DNA from: Hydrolagus colliei
Lineage: Eukaryota
Direction of reading: 5' to 3'
Length of the DNA: 64,000 bases
Assembly (NCBI GenBank): GCA_035084275.1
Contig: CM068745.1
Span: 61,380,001-61,444,000, forward strand
Shown here: positions 1 to 12,839 of the stretch, one piece after another
How the letters are laid out: each line of letters starts with the position of its first letter
Numbering within the stretch: position 1 is the first letter of the stretch
Made by a program: the position numbers and the translations under genes
Notes under the pieces: generated by a model
Databases searched by the model: none
What the model was told of the DNA's origin: nothing
The model's input: the letters and a program-made list of their open reading frames with translations, nothing else

Positions 1-761
1 TCTGATAAGACGGGCCCTCAGGATCACCAAAGAACAATAAAGTTCAACTTTATCATGTGGATTTTGTAAAATGATCAGCAAAAGTTGCACTGTAATTTCA
101 TACCACAAACACCAAATTGTGCGTTAGTATAATGGCAATTTGACCATTCTATCCGCCTTTCTTCTCAACCGCACTTTTGTAATTCTGTCATTCCCTGGTT
201 TCATTGTTACCCAGACCAACATTCCCACTTCATATTTGGCAAGGGCTTCTCCTTCCACTCCTGCCCCACGACTTCACATGCAGTGAAATTCAGGGCCCCT
301 GCCTCCATCCTTTAATATTTACATGCTCCTGCTCGGGATGTCAGCTGCAGGAATTTAAATGCCATCGTGTAAGCAAATGACACCCAACGTTTGATGTCAT
401 ATGTATAATAACACCCTTTGTACACATGCAGGATCAGTGTTTGGAACAGGTCTATCAACTTTCACCATGAGGAATTTCAGCCACTTTTTATCACAATTAC
501 TGCCAGAGAATTGGCTTCCCTCTTCATGAAACCTTGTGAAGGCATTTCAAAAGCAGCTCCAGATTAGCAATATTTGTTGCAGTTCCTCCTTATACAGTAT
601 TTAATTTTCTCGGGTTTAAGCATTTTAAATGTGATGTCACAAATCCTTCACTTTATCTTGATAACACCAAGTCATATAATGGGTTCAGAGGCGGAGCTGT
701 CTTTTGACAGGTCAAACAAAGCAGGTTACCGTTTGATCAGTGACAGTCAGTTGTTTCTGTC

Positions 762-995
762 TGTTAGGTTTAGTTGAAACATTAGGTTTATTTTATGTTT
801 AATAAGTAAATCAATGTGTATAATAAGTAGTACTGTATAACATTAGAAATTTAGGTTTAAACTAAGAAACCTGCAGAATTGCAGAAACCAGCCCTGTCTG
901 TAAAAGAACTGAACATAGCCAGGTTGGTACCAGTTGTAGTAGCTATGATAAGTGTGAAGGATGGAGAACAGAAAACATGCTCAGTTAGAGATTTC
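762..995 (+). mobile_element. 5' part of an LTR, same family as the solo LTR at 27491-28197
   Basis: Starts TGTTAGGTTTAGTTGAAAC and aligns by eye with the reverse complement of ~27985-28197 (e.g. GAAGGATGGAGAACAGAAAACATG); truncated near 995. Confidence 0.7.
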
Positions 996-1482
996 AAATT
1001 TGTTAACTGTCACTTAAAGATGTAAAACATTTGCTCCTCACATTCCTCACATACCAAACCAATATGTACAATACCAAACCAATATTATAATTCTGTAATC
1101 CAAATTACAGTACATCTTTCCATCCTCTACATGAACTCTTGTGATTTCTCCTCCTGATGTGAAAGGCGCTATACAAATGTAATTTTGTTGTTATTGTTCT
1201 CTTTCATAGTCCAGCAACTGCATGTGGATGCAGTCATTGACCATCACTAATCAATAAAATCAATAATTTACCTGTTTCCTTTCATTGTGAAATAAAAATT
1301 GGCCGGTGACCATGGTGTCTGGAGTCAAAATGACAATTTCATGGTATGCTTGCTGCTGCTTTCTTAATTATTTGATTTGTGTTAGTGTCTTGTGTAAAAT
1401 GTTGTGCTTTTATATCATATGGTTTGAATTTTGCTGTTTTACTATTAAAATAAACACTATACTCAGCACCGCCTATCTAATT

Positions 1483-1770
1483 ATTAACAATAACCAAAGA
1501 TTACATTTGTAGAGTGCCCCAAGGCACCAAACAGTCATGGGCCAGGACCCGAGCATGGGGTGGGAGAGGGCAGGGTTGGGATGAGGGAAGGCAGAGTGGT
1601 AGTGGGGGACGGCTGAAGGCACAGTTGAAAAAGACGGTCTTGGATTCGGGCCTTGAAGGGAGTAAGGGGAGGGAACAAGGCAAAGGGATTGTGGATGGAG
1701 TTCCAAAGATTGAGGGAGGGAAACCAGTGGAGTCGGGTGAGGATGGGGATGATGAAGCCATTCGCCCATT
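1483..1770 (-). mobile_element. L2 LINE 3' fragment
   Basis: Reverse complement of the L2-type 3' end (..GCACTCTACAAATGTAATC..TTGTT) shared with many copies in the window. Confidence 0.6.
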
Positions 1771-1897
1771 GTGCCTGTGCCAGGTTAATGTTTTATCATG
1801 TTTCTCTAATCAACCATGGAATTTTCACACTTAAAGATGTAAACCATTTGCTCCTACATGTACCAAACCATCATAGTAATCCAATTAACAGTACCAA

Positions 1898-2170
1898 TCA
1901 AATTCTGCTTTGAAAGCTACCACCAAATCTGCTTCCACCACCCTTTCAGGCAGTGCATACCAGATCATACACAATTCTCTAGGTAAAACAATTTCTCACC
2001 TCCCCTTTGGTTCATTGGCCAATTATCTTAAATCTGTGTCCTCCGGTTACTGACCCACCTGCCAGAAGAAAGTTTCTCTCTTAATTACTCCTATCAAGAC
2101 CCCTCATCATTTTTAACTCCTCCATAAATTTCCTCTTAACCTACTCTAAGGGTAACCATCTTATTAAGAA
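1898..2170 (-). mobile_element. CR1 LINE 3' fragment
   Basis: Similar to the CR1 3' copy at 14143-14608 (TCCACCACCCTTTCAGGCAGTGCAT..CCAGAT; AATCTGTGTCCTCCGGTT). Confidence 0.55.
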
Positions 2171-2292
2171 TTGAATGTGTTCCTGCAATTAAATGTGCCT
2201 TCACATAAGGAAACTTATGAGACTGGAAGCAGTGGCCCATTTTGTTGGAACAGTGAAAATAAATTCTGTGAAGCACAAAAGTAATTTTTATT

Positions 2293-2470
2293 TGCACGAT
2301 TTGGCTGCCACGTTTCGCCCACAAATATAGTCAATTCTCCTACTCTCCTTCATCCTGCCCCGACCCCTCACCCCCCTGCTCTTGTCCCTATCTGACTATA
2401 GAGCGCCTTGGGATGTCCTCTTGACGTGAAAGGCGCTATATAAATGTAAGTTTTGATTGATTGATTGATT
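2293..2470 (+). mobile_element. SINE with Deu-like body and variant L2-type tail ending in (GATT)n
   Basis: TTGGCTGCCACGTTTCGCCCACAAATATAGTCAATT body followed by an alternative tail; a second copy is at 33793-33990. Confidence 0.6.
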
Positions 2471-3001
2471 GTTATTGTAGCTTTTAAGAGGGAACGATAC
2501 TGTACATAACTAAAATGGAATAATTTCTATGGGGAAATAGGATTCAATAGTTTGCTTTGTAATTGTTGCTTGTGCCAGTGGAAGCATTCTCAACTCTTGA
2601 GTCAGAAAGTTGTGAGTTCAAGTTCCATGTCAGGAATCACATCATCTTTTGGCACTCCAATGCAGCGCTGGGCTGTAGGGGGGTGGGGGGGGGGGCTGTG
2701 GTTGCATTGTAGGAGGTTCTGTCCTTCAGATTAGACATGAAACTGAGGTTGCATCTTCCTGATTAGCTGGATGAGAAAAATCCAGCTGTAAAAATTCACA
2801 TTAAAAACTATAAATATCCTTGCTATGATGTAAAACAGGATGATGCAGTGTAGACTTCTGTATCTGAAGTCAGTAAACCTCTTAACCCTTTGTACATTTA
2901 TTTACATGCCTACCGGTGGTACTTTGTTTGCTGAATGGTTAATGTTTTTCATATCTATTCATACATGAGATTGTTGGCTGTCATAAACCCAAAGGGCAAA
3001 G

Positions 3002-3030
3002 TAGGGCCCGTCGATATGGAATTTTTCCGA
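3002..3030 (-). mobile_element. Orphan terminus of the TAGGG hAT MITE family
   Basis: TAGGGCCCGTCGATATGGAATTTTTCC matches the 8154 end of the intact MITE and is joined directly to a SINE body. Confidence 0.7.
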
Positions 3031-3350
3031 TAATAAAATTGGTAATTTCAATGTTTGTGGGACACTGCTGTGCGCAATTGGCTGCCGCGATTCGCCCACA
3101 AATATATACAGTCAATTCACTTCACAGTATATTCTGTGAAGCGCTTTGGGACATTGTTAAGATGTGAAAAGCGCTGTATCAAATGCAAGGATTATTATTA
3201 TTATTCTGTAAAGTGAATTGACTGTATATTTTCTGGATGAAATGTGGCAGCCAATTGTGCATAGCAGTGTCCCACAGACAGTTGTGGATTGAAGTGACCA
3301 ATTTATCATTGTTGTTAATTTGGCTTCAATTTGACATGGAATTATATTAA
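3031..3350. mobile_element. Tail-to-tail pair of Deu-domain-like SINE fragments
   Basis: Plus copy (GGGACACTGCTGTGCGCAATTGGCTGCC..ATTATTATT) is immediately followed by a reverse-complement copy. Confidence 0.65.
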
Positions 3351-3367
3351 ATGAATAAAAGGCAGTA

Positions 3368-4110
3368 CGGGTACCCCAACCACGTTTTTTTCTACCGCTA
3401 ATTTCACTTACCCACGGTTGGCTCGCTGCGACATCCCTTGCTAACCATGGCAATGATTATTGCTTAACCCTTGCTTATCCACAGGTTTTAACACTAACAC
3501 TAGCGTTTGGCGCTAGGATCCAGTTGCATCAACCAACCACAATGTCGCTTCGCGCTAGCATCTGGCATTAGGAATGGTTAATGTTGCGATGTCGCAATCA
3601 ACCAGCCACAATGTCGCTTCTCTCTTAGGATTAAAGTAAATCTCCGTTGATTTCTCTCTCTCTCTGTGTCTCTCTGTGTCTGCAGATCCTGGCAGCCAAA
3701 CTTACTCCCCCTATACCCATGTCACCACATCACCTTCTCCACATCCCCCCACCTCTGTGTCACCCACCACACTACCTTCTGCACATCCCCCCCCTCCATG
3801 TCACCCACCACACCACCTTCTCCATTGAATTCTCTCTCTCTCTCTCTCCCTCTCTCTGTGTCTGTGTGTAGATCAGTCAGTCAGTCAGACAGCCTCGCGG
3901 ATTCCTGCAGATCCTGGCAGCCAATGCGCCCAAACTTACTCCCCCTATCCTCATGTTTCCCATAGGGCCCTGCATTTTCCAACCGCGACAAAGCAAACGT
4001 ACTCCCCCTATCCCCGTGTTACCCATAGGGCCCTGTATTTTCCAACCACGGTTTTACCAACCATGGAGATTTTCAGGAACGTATCCCCCGCGGTTGGGGA
4101 GGGATACCTG
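3368..4110. mobile_element. Tigger/pogo-like non-autonomous element
   Basis: Flanked by TA on both sides; imperfect TIRs CGGGTACCCCAACCACG / reverse complement CAGGTATCCCTCCCCAACCGCG; internal direct repeats; no ORF. Confidence 0.55.
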
Positions 4111-5571
4111 TATTTGATGAATATCCAGTTATCCAAAGCTATAGAGGTGCTATTGATATGCATGTAGTCATGGAGCCATTCTGAGATCAGATGAAATGCG
4201 GAGTTGTGGACAAGCATTCTTTTGTCAGCTGTGTTTAGCTGTGAACCAGACACATTTAAACACAGAAGGCATGTTGGAAGTTATTATTTACCTCCTTAAA
4301 ATGCCTCTGCTAGGTTTGTTTATTCTCTGCAATACATTCTTTATAAACAATGGCCTTGTAAGAAAGATAGTGGGGGAAAAAAAGAGACGGTGGAAGAGAA
4401 GAAAATTGGCCTCAGTAGGAAGAAGACAATTAATGCTTTTGGGAGAGAGGGTGGGAGACAAGTAGAAGGTTGCCAAGAACATACCTGTGAAGAGCTTGTG
4501 AGATCACATTCAGCCTTCTCCCACCTTCGTAACATTGCTTACCTCTACCATTAACTCTCCCTCAAGCCCCCAAGACACTCATGCATATTTTCACGTCCTG
4601 ACTTAACTACAGACTCTTCCCCACCCAGCTCTTCCGCACCCAGGGTCAGATTATTCAGAACCCTGCAGCTCCTGGCCTCTCCCTCACTAAGCTCCACTGG
4701 CCTATCATTCTTATCCTCACTCAGTTGCCTATGCCCTTATCCCCCATCGAGTTCCAAGATTGTCATTCTCCTCATTCAACTCCACCGACCCGACCACTCC
4801 CTTCACTCAGCAACATTCTACTGTCTCATGGTGTTTTTATGCCTGGTACAAACCATTCACAAAACATTGTATTGATGGTACCATCCATAACCACTTGTGT
4901 ATTTGTATAAGACTTTAAAGCTATGGGTGCCTGACTCTATTTAATTCCTAACCTCCCTTGAGAGGTTTCCGACTTGTTCCAACTATTTCATGCAAAGCCA
5001 ATAGGATGAGTAATACTGACAGATGGTTGATTTGCTTGAACCCTGGGGGTTATGCTGTATTTACAGAACTCCACCTTTGTAGAGATAGAAATGTTTTCAG
5101 TTTAAACAATAACAGATGTAGCTAAACAAAACACATCTATGGAGATAGGAAAGTCAGTTAAACGTTTTAGGTTGATGACCTTTTGTCAGAATAGATATAG
5201 CTAGCTGGTTCACAGTCTGCCGTCACTAAATTCTACTTACCTATCCACCTTCAACTGTTTCATTGACTCAGAGCGAATTTACAAAATAGAAGAAGGCCAT
5301 TTAATTAATCGTAAGTTGATTTGAAGGTCACACTCACCTTGGAAATTCTTTCCACTCTAAGATACCCACTACACATTATTCTAACCACTGCGGTACAGCA
5401 CTCTACAGGTCACATATCAGCAACAAATTTAGTTTAATGTTCAGAATAAATTGTCTAGAGCAATCTGGCAAAACAATTCATACTTTAAAAGGGAGAAGAA
5501 AATGTGCAAGCAACAAATTTAAAAAGATTTAGACTTTTTAAATGTAAAATCAAATAAATGAGTACAGTATT

Positions 5572-5700
5572 GTAGTTTAGTGGTTGTAGCACTTGCCTTG
5601 TAAATGACAGGACATGGGTGCGATTCCTGGGCAGAATGAAATATGAGGCAAATCTCAGTATTACTGTGGCAATGGTGGACCCCACCAAGCTGGGCACATT
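5572..5700 (+). mobile_element. Degenerate tRNA-derived SINE head
   Basis: A-box-like TAGTTTAGTGGT and B-box-like GGTGCGATTCC; no intact cloverleaf. Confidence 0.4.
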
Positions 5701-5769
5701 CAAACAGTAACAAACAGGTTCAATCAGCTCATCAGCACTGGATATGCAAACTCTCTGCTTATTACGAAC

Positions 5770-6590
5770 CCCTCCCTTCAGAACACAGTTGCCTATGCCC
5801 TCTCCCGCACCAGGCTCCCTAATCCTATCACCGCCATCCATGCTTACTTCCACTTCTTCAACATCTCCGACCTCTCTGAACATGTGCGCAACGTAGGCAT
5901 CAGGTTCAACCCTCAACTGTCCTTCCTCCCTCCCATCCGGTCTCTCACCAGCACCACCTTCTTCCACCTCCAACGGATCACCTGTCTCCGGCAATACCTC
6001 ACCCCAAATCTGCTGAAACCCTGGTCCAAGCCTTTGTCACCTCTCAGCTGGACTATTCCAATGCCCTCCTCGCCGATCTCCCCTCCTCCAGAATCCACAG
6101 AGTCCAGCTCATTCAGAACTCTGCCACCCACGTTTTCACCCGCACCAAACTTTGCTCCCCCATTACCCCAGTCTTTACCAGACTTCACTGGCTCCCTATC
6201 CCAGAGAGGATTGACTTCAAGATCCTCACCCTTGTCTTCAAATCCCTCCACTCCTCTGCACCCCACTACCTCTCTGACCTCTCTCCTCAAACCAGCACCC
6301 ATTGCCTTTGCTCCACTGAGTCTGGCCTCCTCCATCCGAATCCTCCGCTCCACCCTCGGCAGCCGTGCCTTCAGCCACTATGCCCGAGGCTCTGGAATTT
6401 CCTTCCTCACGACCTTCGCCTCGCCCCATCTTTTCTCAGCTTCAGGTGAATAACTTTCTCTTCGACCGCGCCTTTGGTCACCTTTCTACCCCTGCCCCTG
6501 GCACGGTCCCGGGATCCACTATTGTGAAGCGCTCTGAGATGCCATCCGGCATGGAGGGTGTTATATAAATCAAAGTTGTTGTTGTTATCT
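5770..6590 (+). mobile_element. L2 LINE 3' region (frameshifted RT C-terminus)
   Basis: Translation RNVGIRFNPQLSFLPPIRSLTSTTFFHLQRI is typical of L2 ORF2; ends in the L2 tail TATATAAATCAAAGTTGTTGTTG. Confidence 0.8.
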
Positions 6591-6591
6591 C

Positions 6592-7680
6592 TCAGCGGAT
6601 CCAACAACATAAAAATTTGGTGCCTTTTATGTCGGGAGGGCATCCCAAGGCGCTGAACAGTCAGAGGTCGGGATTCGAGCAGTGGTGGGCAGTGTTGGGA
6701 TGAGAGAGAGCAGAGGAAGGTCTTAAGACCGGCCTTGAAGGAGAAAAGGGAGGGAGCAAGGTGAAGGGATTGTGGGATTGAGTTCTAAAGTGTTGGGGCA
6801 GAAAGGCTGAAGGCCCAGCCACTGACGGTAGGGCTAGTCGAGCGGGAGATATGAAGCAAGCTGGAGCCTACGGAGCGGAGGGAACAAAGAGGTTGAAATG
6901 GGGCCAGCAGGTCAGAGAGATAGAAGGGTGCAAGGCCGTGGAGGACCTTGAAGGTGAGGACAAGAATCTTGAATTCCATCTTCTAAGGAATGGGGAGCCA
7001 GTGGAGCCGGGCGAGGGTGGGATGATGAGGTCCCAGAGCCTGGTGCGGGATAGGACACAAACTGCAGAGTTTTGGATGATCTGCAGCTTGTGGAGAGAAG
7101 AGATGGGGGGGCCGACAAGGATGGAAGTATAGTAGTCAAGCCTAGAGGAGAGAAATGCATGTATTTGCATGTAGGGTTCCACTGGCCTGAGGGATGAGGC
7201 AGTGGCAGATGAGCAATCTTGCGGTGGTGGTATAAGGTGGTGCTGGTCATGGCACGGATATGAGGGAGAAATTACAGCTCAAGGTCAAACAAGACACCCA
7301 GATTCCCAACTGGCTTGGTTAGGTGGTGTGCATCCGTGATGCTGATACTGGCGGCGTCTGAGGTGCAGAGGCACTGGCTCAAGCCAATTGAAGAGCCTCA
7401 GTTTTGCTGACGTTCAGCTGTAAAAAGTTGTCTCTAATCCAGGATTTGATGTCTGACAGGCAGTATGTCAGGATGGCAGTAGTCTTGGAATTGAAGGTAG
7501 AGGCTGCAAGATAGAGTTGGATGTTAACCACATATATGTGGAAATTTACCCCATGTATGCAGATGATACCAACGAGTAGAGGTTGAAGGTTGAAGAGGAG
7601 GGGACCAATGACACAGCACTGAGGAATGCCACATAAGACGATATGGGGACTGGAAAAGAAACCATTCAAGATCCTGGTCC
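6592..7680 (-). mobile_element. L2 LINE fragment (degenerate RT)
   Basis: Minus-strand peptides SSRLDYYTSILVGPP..LHKLQIIQNSA and GIPQCCVIGPLLF..YVVNIQLY, the latter being decayed GVPQGSVLGPLLF/YADD motifs. Confidence 0.8.
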
Positions 7681-7682
7681 TC

Positions 7683-9115
7683 ACAACAACAACCTGGATA
7701 TATATAGCGCCCTCCACGTCGAACGACGTCTCAGAGCGCTTTCCAATGATGGATCTCGGATCTGAGATAGGGGGAGGGGGAAAGAAGGTGACCAAAAGTG
7801 CGGTCAAAAAGAAAGGTCTTTAGTCAAGACCTGAAAATAGGAAAGGAGGGGGCGAGGCAAAGGGAGTGAGGCAGGTAGTTTCAGAGCCTTGGGGCATAGT
7901 GGCTGAAGGAACAGCTGCCAATGGTGGAGCGGAGGATTCAGGAGGCAAGGAGGAGGCCAGACCTGGTGGAGCGAAGGCAAAGGATAGTATTATGAGGGGG
8001 GAGCCGGTCAGAGAGGTAGGGGGTGCAGAGGAGTGGAGGGATTTGATTACAAGCAGCAGGATCTTGAAATCGATCCTTTCCCGGGACAGGGAGCCAGTGC
8101 AGTCTGGTAAGGCCTGGGGTAATCGGAGAGCAGAGTTTTGTATGGGTGAGAATTAGGGTCCGTCGATATGGAAATTTTCCAATCTAGATATATCGATGGG
8201 CGCATATCGAGATACATCGAAATATCGATATTTTCGGGTTTTTCGTACTGCGCTTGCGTGCGCGGCGCACGCAGTCGGAGTGTGCGCGCATTCAGAGTGC
8301 GCGCTCGTTCCGGGTGTGCGCGCTTTCCGGGTGCGCACGCATTCGGGGCCTATCTCCTCAGGAGGTAAATATCTTTCTCTCTCTGTGTCTCTCACACTCT
8401 CTCCATCTCTGTGTTTTTCTGTCTGTGTCTCTGTGTCTCTCTCCTCTCTCACATTCCCCCCATCTCTATCTATCTGTATATTATTACATCCACCCCGTCT
8501 CTCCCCCCACCCCCCCCCCCTCCCGCCACCGTCCCTCTCCCTCCCCCCCCCCCCACCCCGCCGTCTCTCTCACCCCCCACCCCACCCCCAGCCGTCTCTC
8601 TCCTCCCCACCACCCCCAGCCGTCTCTCTCCCCCCCACCTCCCCCAGCCGTCTCTCTCCACCCCCAACCCCCCCAGCCATCTCTCTCACCCTCCCCCCAG
8701 CCGTCTCTCTCCCCTCACCACCCCCCCAGCCGTCTCTCCCCCACCCCCAGCATACCCGTATATTGTATTCGAGGACTATGAATACAATATGGCGGCTTTG
8801 CACCTCGGTCTGTGCATTGTGTACAGAGATGAGCATTCTGGGTCTTGTAGTTCAGTGTGCGCGCATTCCGATTTTGTACCTCGATATATTGATTTTGCGA
8901 AATATCGATTTTTTTGAAATGCCTATATCGGCGTATCGATATGAAAATTATGTCGGGTTTTAGTGATATATCGATATATCGCCGGACCCTAGTGAGAATG
9001 CGGGTGGTGAAGATCTGTATGAACTGGATTTTATGAATGGTAGCGGAGGGGAGACCGGCGAGGAGGGCATTTGAATAGTCCAGCTGAGAGTTAACAAAGG
9101 CATCTTTAAAGCCCT
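7683..9115 (-). mobile_element. L2 LINE 3' fragment split by the hAT MITE at 8154-8991
   Basis: Peptide AFVNSQLDYSNALLAGLPSATIHKIQFIQ runs up to 8992 and continues below 8153 once the insertion and one TSD copy are removed. Confidence 0.8.
8154..8991 (-). mobile_element. Non-autonomous hAT element (MITE, copy A1)
   Basis: TIRs TAGGGTCCGTCGATAT / ATATCGCCGGACCCTA; perfect 8-bp TSD GTGAGAAT (8146-8153, 8992-8999); CpG-rich subterminal repeats; internal C-rich minisatellite. Confidence 0.92.
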
Positions 9116-9139
9116 CTAGGGCCTTGCTTCTCTCCACCT

Positions 9140-9930
9140 CTAAAGCTTCCTAACCCCCAAACAACCGGCCTGCTCCATATGTTCTGCGGGCTAGAGTGTG
9201 CTTCATGTCCCTCGCCTTGTCCTCACCATCATTAAGAGCTGAATTAGCAGGTTTTCAGCCTCTCTGCCCCCACCCTCTGGAACTCCATCCCACATTCCCT
9301 CCTCATTGGCCTTCCCACCTCTTCCATTCACAAGCTGCAGATCATCCAAAACACTGCAGCTCGTATCCTCTCCGCACCAGGCTCCACAACTCCATCACTC
9401 CCACTCTCGCTGGCTCCATTGGCTCACCATCCGCCAGAGGTAGAATTCAAGATCCTCATCCTCACTTTCAGATCATATATGACCATACCTCTCTACCTCT
9501 CTAACCTGCTAATTCCCTAGTAGCCTGCCCACTCCCTCCATTCAGCAGGTTCCGGTCTGCTCCATGCCTCCTGCCCAACCCACCCTATCATCCGTGGCTG
9601 TGCTTTCAGCTTCTGTGCCCCCACGCTCTGGAACTCGATCCGGCAATCCCTCCGCCTCGCTTCCTCCCTTGCATCCTTCAAGGCCAGTCTCAAGATACTC
9701 CTTTTCAACTGCGCCTTCAACTGCCCCTCCACCTCACCCCTCCCTTGCCTATGCCTACTTCAAGACCCATCTCAAGACCTTCTTCTTTGATCATCCTTTA
9801 GTCACACTCCCCGCCCACCACCCTTCCCGATCCCAACCACCAGCTTGGGTGCAGATCACTGATTGTCCAGCACTTTGGGACATCCTCCTGATGTGAAAAG
9901 GTGTTGTACAAATGTAATTTGTTGTTATTA
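9140..9930 (+). mobile_element. L2 LINE 3' fragment(s)
   Basis: LHWLTIRQRVEFKI-type segment and L2 tail TACAAATGTAATTTGTTGTT. Confidence 0.7.
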
Positions 9931-10463
9931 TCAGAGGGACAGGGCAATTTGACAGTTCCAACATCCAGAATTCTTTTATTACAGTTTTACTATAGTAGGA
10001 ACTTTCGGTCAGTATCCAGCAACACCTCTCACAAGTGCTGGCCCTCACGATCCCCCTGCCCTACACCAAACTTTCAAACCAGCCAAGAGGCCTATGCCAC
10101 AGGCCTCTTTGTTCGCTGGCTCTTTTGAGCCAGACATTGTCTAAACCAGACACCATCTGAAGATAAGCTTGTTTTTGCCTGAATCATGTCACCATTTGAA
10201 TAGTTGTTGGCGCCAAATGATTGATAATACTTTTGTAACTGCCTTTGTGTGTACTGCAAACCTCAGCACTTTTGGGGTATAAAAAGGCTGCATTAACTGA
10301 CCACCGGCAGCTCATTCTTTTGACTGTCCGGTGCTCTTCTTAGAGACTGTTGACTTCTGGGAATCAGCTCTTGCTATAGCAAATAAACTTTACATGCTCT
10401 TATCCACGGTGTATGGTCTGTTTGCAAGACAACGGTTGGGAAGAACAAGAAGTTCAACTTCAC
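9930..10463 (+). mobile_element. Possible solo LTR
   Basis: TATAAAA (~10279) followed by AATAAA (~10382) and an end in CA, consistent with U3-R-U5 order; no TG start or TSD confirmed. Confidence 0.35.
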
Positions 10464-12640
10464 AACTGTATATTTGGGGGCGAAATGTGGCAACCAATTG
10501 CACACAGTAGTGTCCCAAAACAATCATGGATTTAGTGAGCGATTTATTATTGGTTTTTTTCTTGATGGATTAATATCAGGCATGTGGAGTAAGGAAACTT
10601 GCCCAAGGTTTTGCCTTGGTTAGAATCAAACACGGGTCTCAATGTGGAATTTAATGTTAGTGCAGCCAGCTGCATCTAAGGGTAACATGTGAGCATCTAC
10701 AATAAAAAATATGGTTGACCACTTTCAGATATCATATATTTCATCTCGGGTAGATGAAGCAAAGCACTTCACAGGGCACACTGGAAGTAATTGTGTATGC
10801 ACCTGGACAGCAGATGGCATAGGTTCAGAGTTCCAAATCACAAACACAGGAAGTATAAGATTTATTTGCGCAGTGAGAAATCAACAGCTGCCTGTTACAG
10901 TTGCAATAACATAAATCCCCCTTACTTGATAGGAAGTACTTTCCCTCGCTGCTCCTAGTATACTGTGCTTCTGGGCTACAGACAAAATAAACTCTGTTCA
11001 TGTACCGAATGCCTCCTGAATAAATTAGGAAAGTTTAATGGAGCAATAAAACCTCTTTAACCCACCATCTATTGTCCACTACATTTTCTCCTTTGTCTTC
11101 CTATCCCTGTCTCCTCCAATTTCTGTCATTTGATGTCCTCCCGATATGAAAGGCGCTCCATAAATGTAATTTTATTGTTGTTGTATTATTCAAATTGGAA
11201 CTTACTAGTTACATTCCACTTTTAATCTGGGAGGAGTTTCCTTTTAATTGAGGAAGCCATGCTCTGAAGTGAAAAACATTTTGTTTTCTCCTGACGTGAA
11301 AGGCAGAAATTACAAGTGTAATTTTGTTGCTGCTGTTGGTTTTGTGCATGAATTCACATTTCACTTTCTTCAAGAACAAGGTAATTTTCTTTAAGACTTT
11401 CCAGAGACATGTTATGTAGCGTTGAAAAAGGCTGACAATGCTGGAAAGGCTGAGAGTCGTGCAGCTGGCAGCACTGAAAAAAACAGCAGTTTACCACTTT
11501 GGAATGAAACTCTTTCCGAACGAGAGGCCCCTCGATAACTGGATCAAAGTTCGGTGAACAGATGGAGCAGATGAATTGTAGCTGCTGCGATTATAGTGAA
11601 GCTGTGTTGTTTGAAATATGAAGCAATGGAGGGTTATGTTTGGTGAAATATTCTGGCCAGTTTGACTGAAATGTTTAGAGTTAGAAGAGAGTCGTGAATG
11701 TCAGAATATAACAAAACAATTTTTTTTAAGGAAGAAGAGATCGACCCCCACAGAAAATGATGAGCTGATTGCATAGTGTGCTGCTTGGTTGAGTCTCTCC
11801 TCCCCAACTGTGGCCCCTCCATGACTGTTTGTGGTAGATATACTTGGTCTGTTTTTCCTTTGGCAGTTGGTTTTCACGTGGAGATATACTGATTACATCA
11901 CACAGCAGTTGCAATAATTTTTTAGAAGCAGATGTGGACTGCAACTAGCAGTTAGCCATTAAACCATAAACCTTTCATTCTAAATACAGCTGCACTGAAT
12001 ATAACAGCAACAACAACAACAACAACAATTTACATTTATATAGCGCCTTTCACGTCGGGAGGACGTCCCAAGGCGCTAGAGTGTAAAATTTAATTTAACA
12101 GCATTATTTAGAATGCAGTTTAAAGTACAATATTATGTCCAGTTCTTGACAATTAACTGGATTCACTTTGGCTGGTGATTTCAAACTGGGGGACAAAATG
12201 GTGTGAAGGTTTTCATCAAATTTTCCTTGTTTTACCAGCTTTTTACCCACATTTCGTCTTCCCGAAATGAAAGGCGCTATACAAATGTAATTTTGTTGTT
12301 GTAATCAAGGGGTGAAACAAACCAGCCATTACCTCCCAAAGCACGTGAAAACATGGTGTATTGGAGAAAAATGATTTTAAGCTCCTAAGAGGATGCCACA
12401 CAATTTTTTTTTTGAAAAATGCTGCACTGGGGCGATATCAAGAATAACAGGTTATAGTTGTGTGAAAGGACTTGAAAAGCTGGGAATGTTTTAGCTAGTG
12501 CCTAATTTAATATGGTAAATAATTTTAATATGGTAAATCAAGCAACTATTTCCACTGATCAGCAAGCTGGTACAAGAGGGCATAAGTTGATAATTATCAC
12601 TTAAAAATAGAGGTTGGAAGAATTGCTTTCGCATAGAGTA

Positions 12641-12745
12641 CCGTAAATACCCGCGTATAAGGCGCACTTGCATATAAGGCGCACCCCCCACTTTTGACCT
12701 TTTCTTGGTGAAAAAAAACGGAAGCATTTTCGATGATATTGCCGG
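12641..12745 (+). mobile_element. Left end of a Tc2-like (Tc1/mariner) element
   Basis: TA followed by CCGTAAATACCCGCGTATAAGGCGCAC with the repeated TATAAGGCGCAC subterminal motif; no matching right end found. Confidence 0.6.
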
Positions 12746-12839
12746 CAGAAGGGAGGGAGGCAGGAGAGACAGGTAGGGAGGGAGAGAGGGAGGCAGGCAG
12801 GCAGGGAGGGAGAGAGGGAGGCAGGCAGGCAGGCAGGCA

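Noticed and set aside
5770-9930. Adjacent inverted L2 copies able to form dsRNA
   Set aside because: Expected at this LINE density; the copies are quite diverged and there is no evidence of transcription.
10711-10914. ORF with FICAVRN resembling an IgC F strand (a second B7 gene?)
   Set aside because: Cys spacing of about 23 aa is far too short, there is no GYP motif or suitable splice sites, and no partner exons were found.
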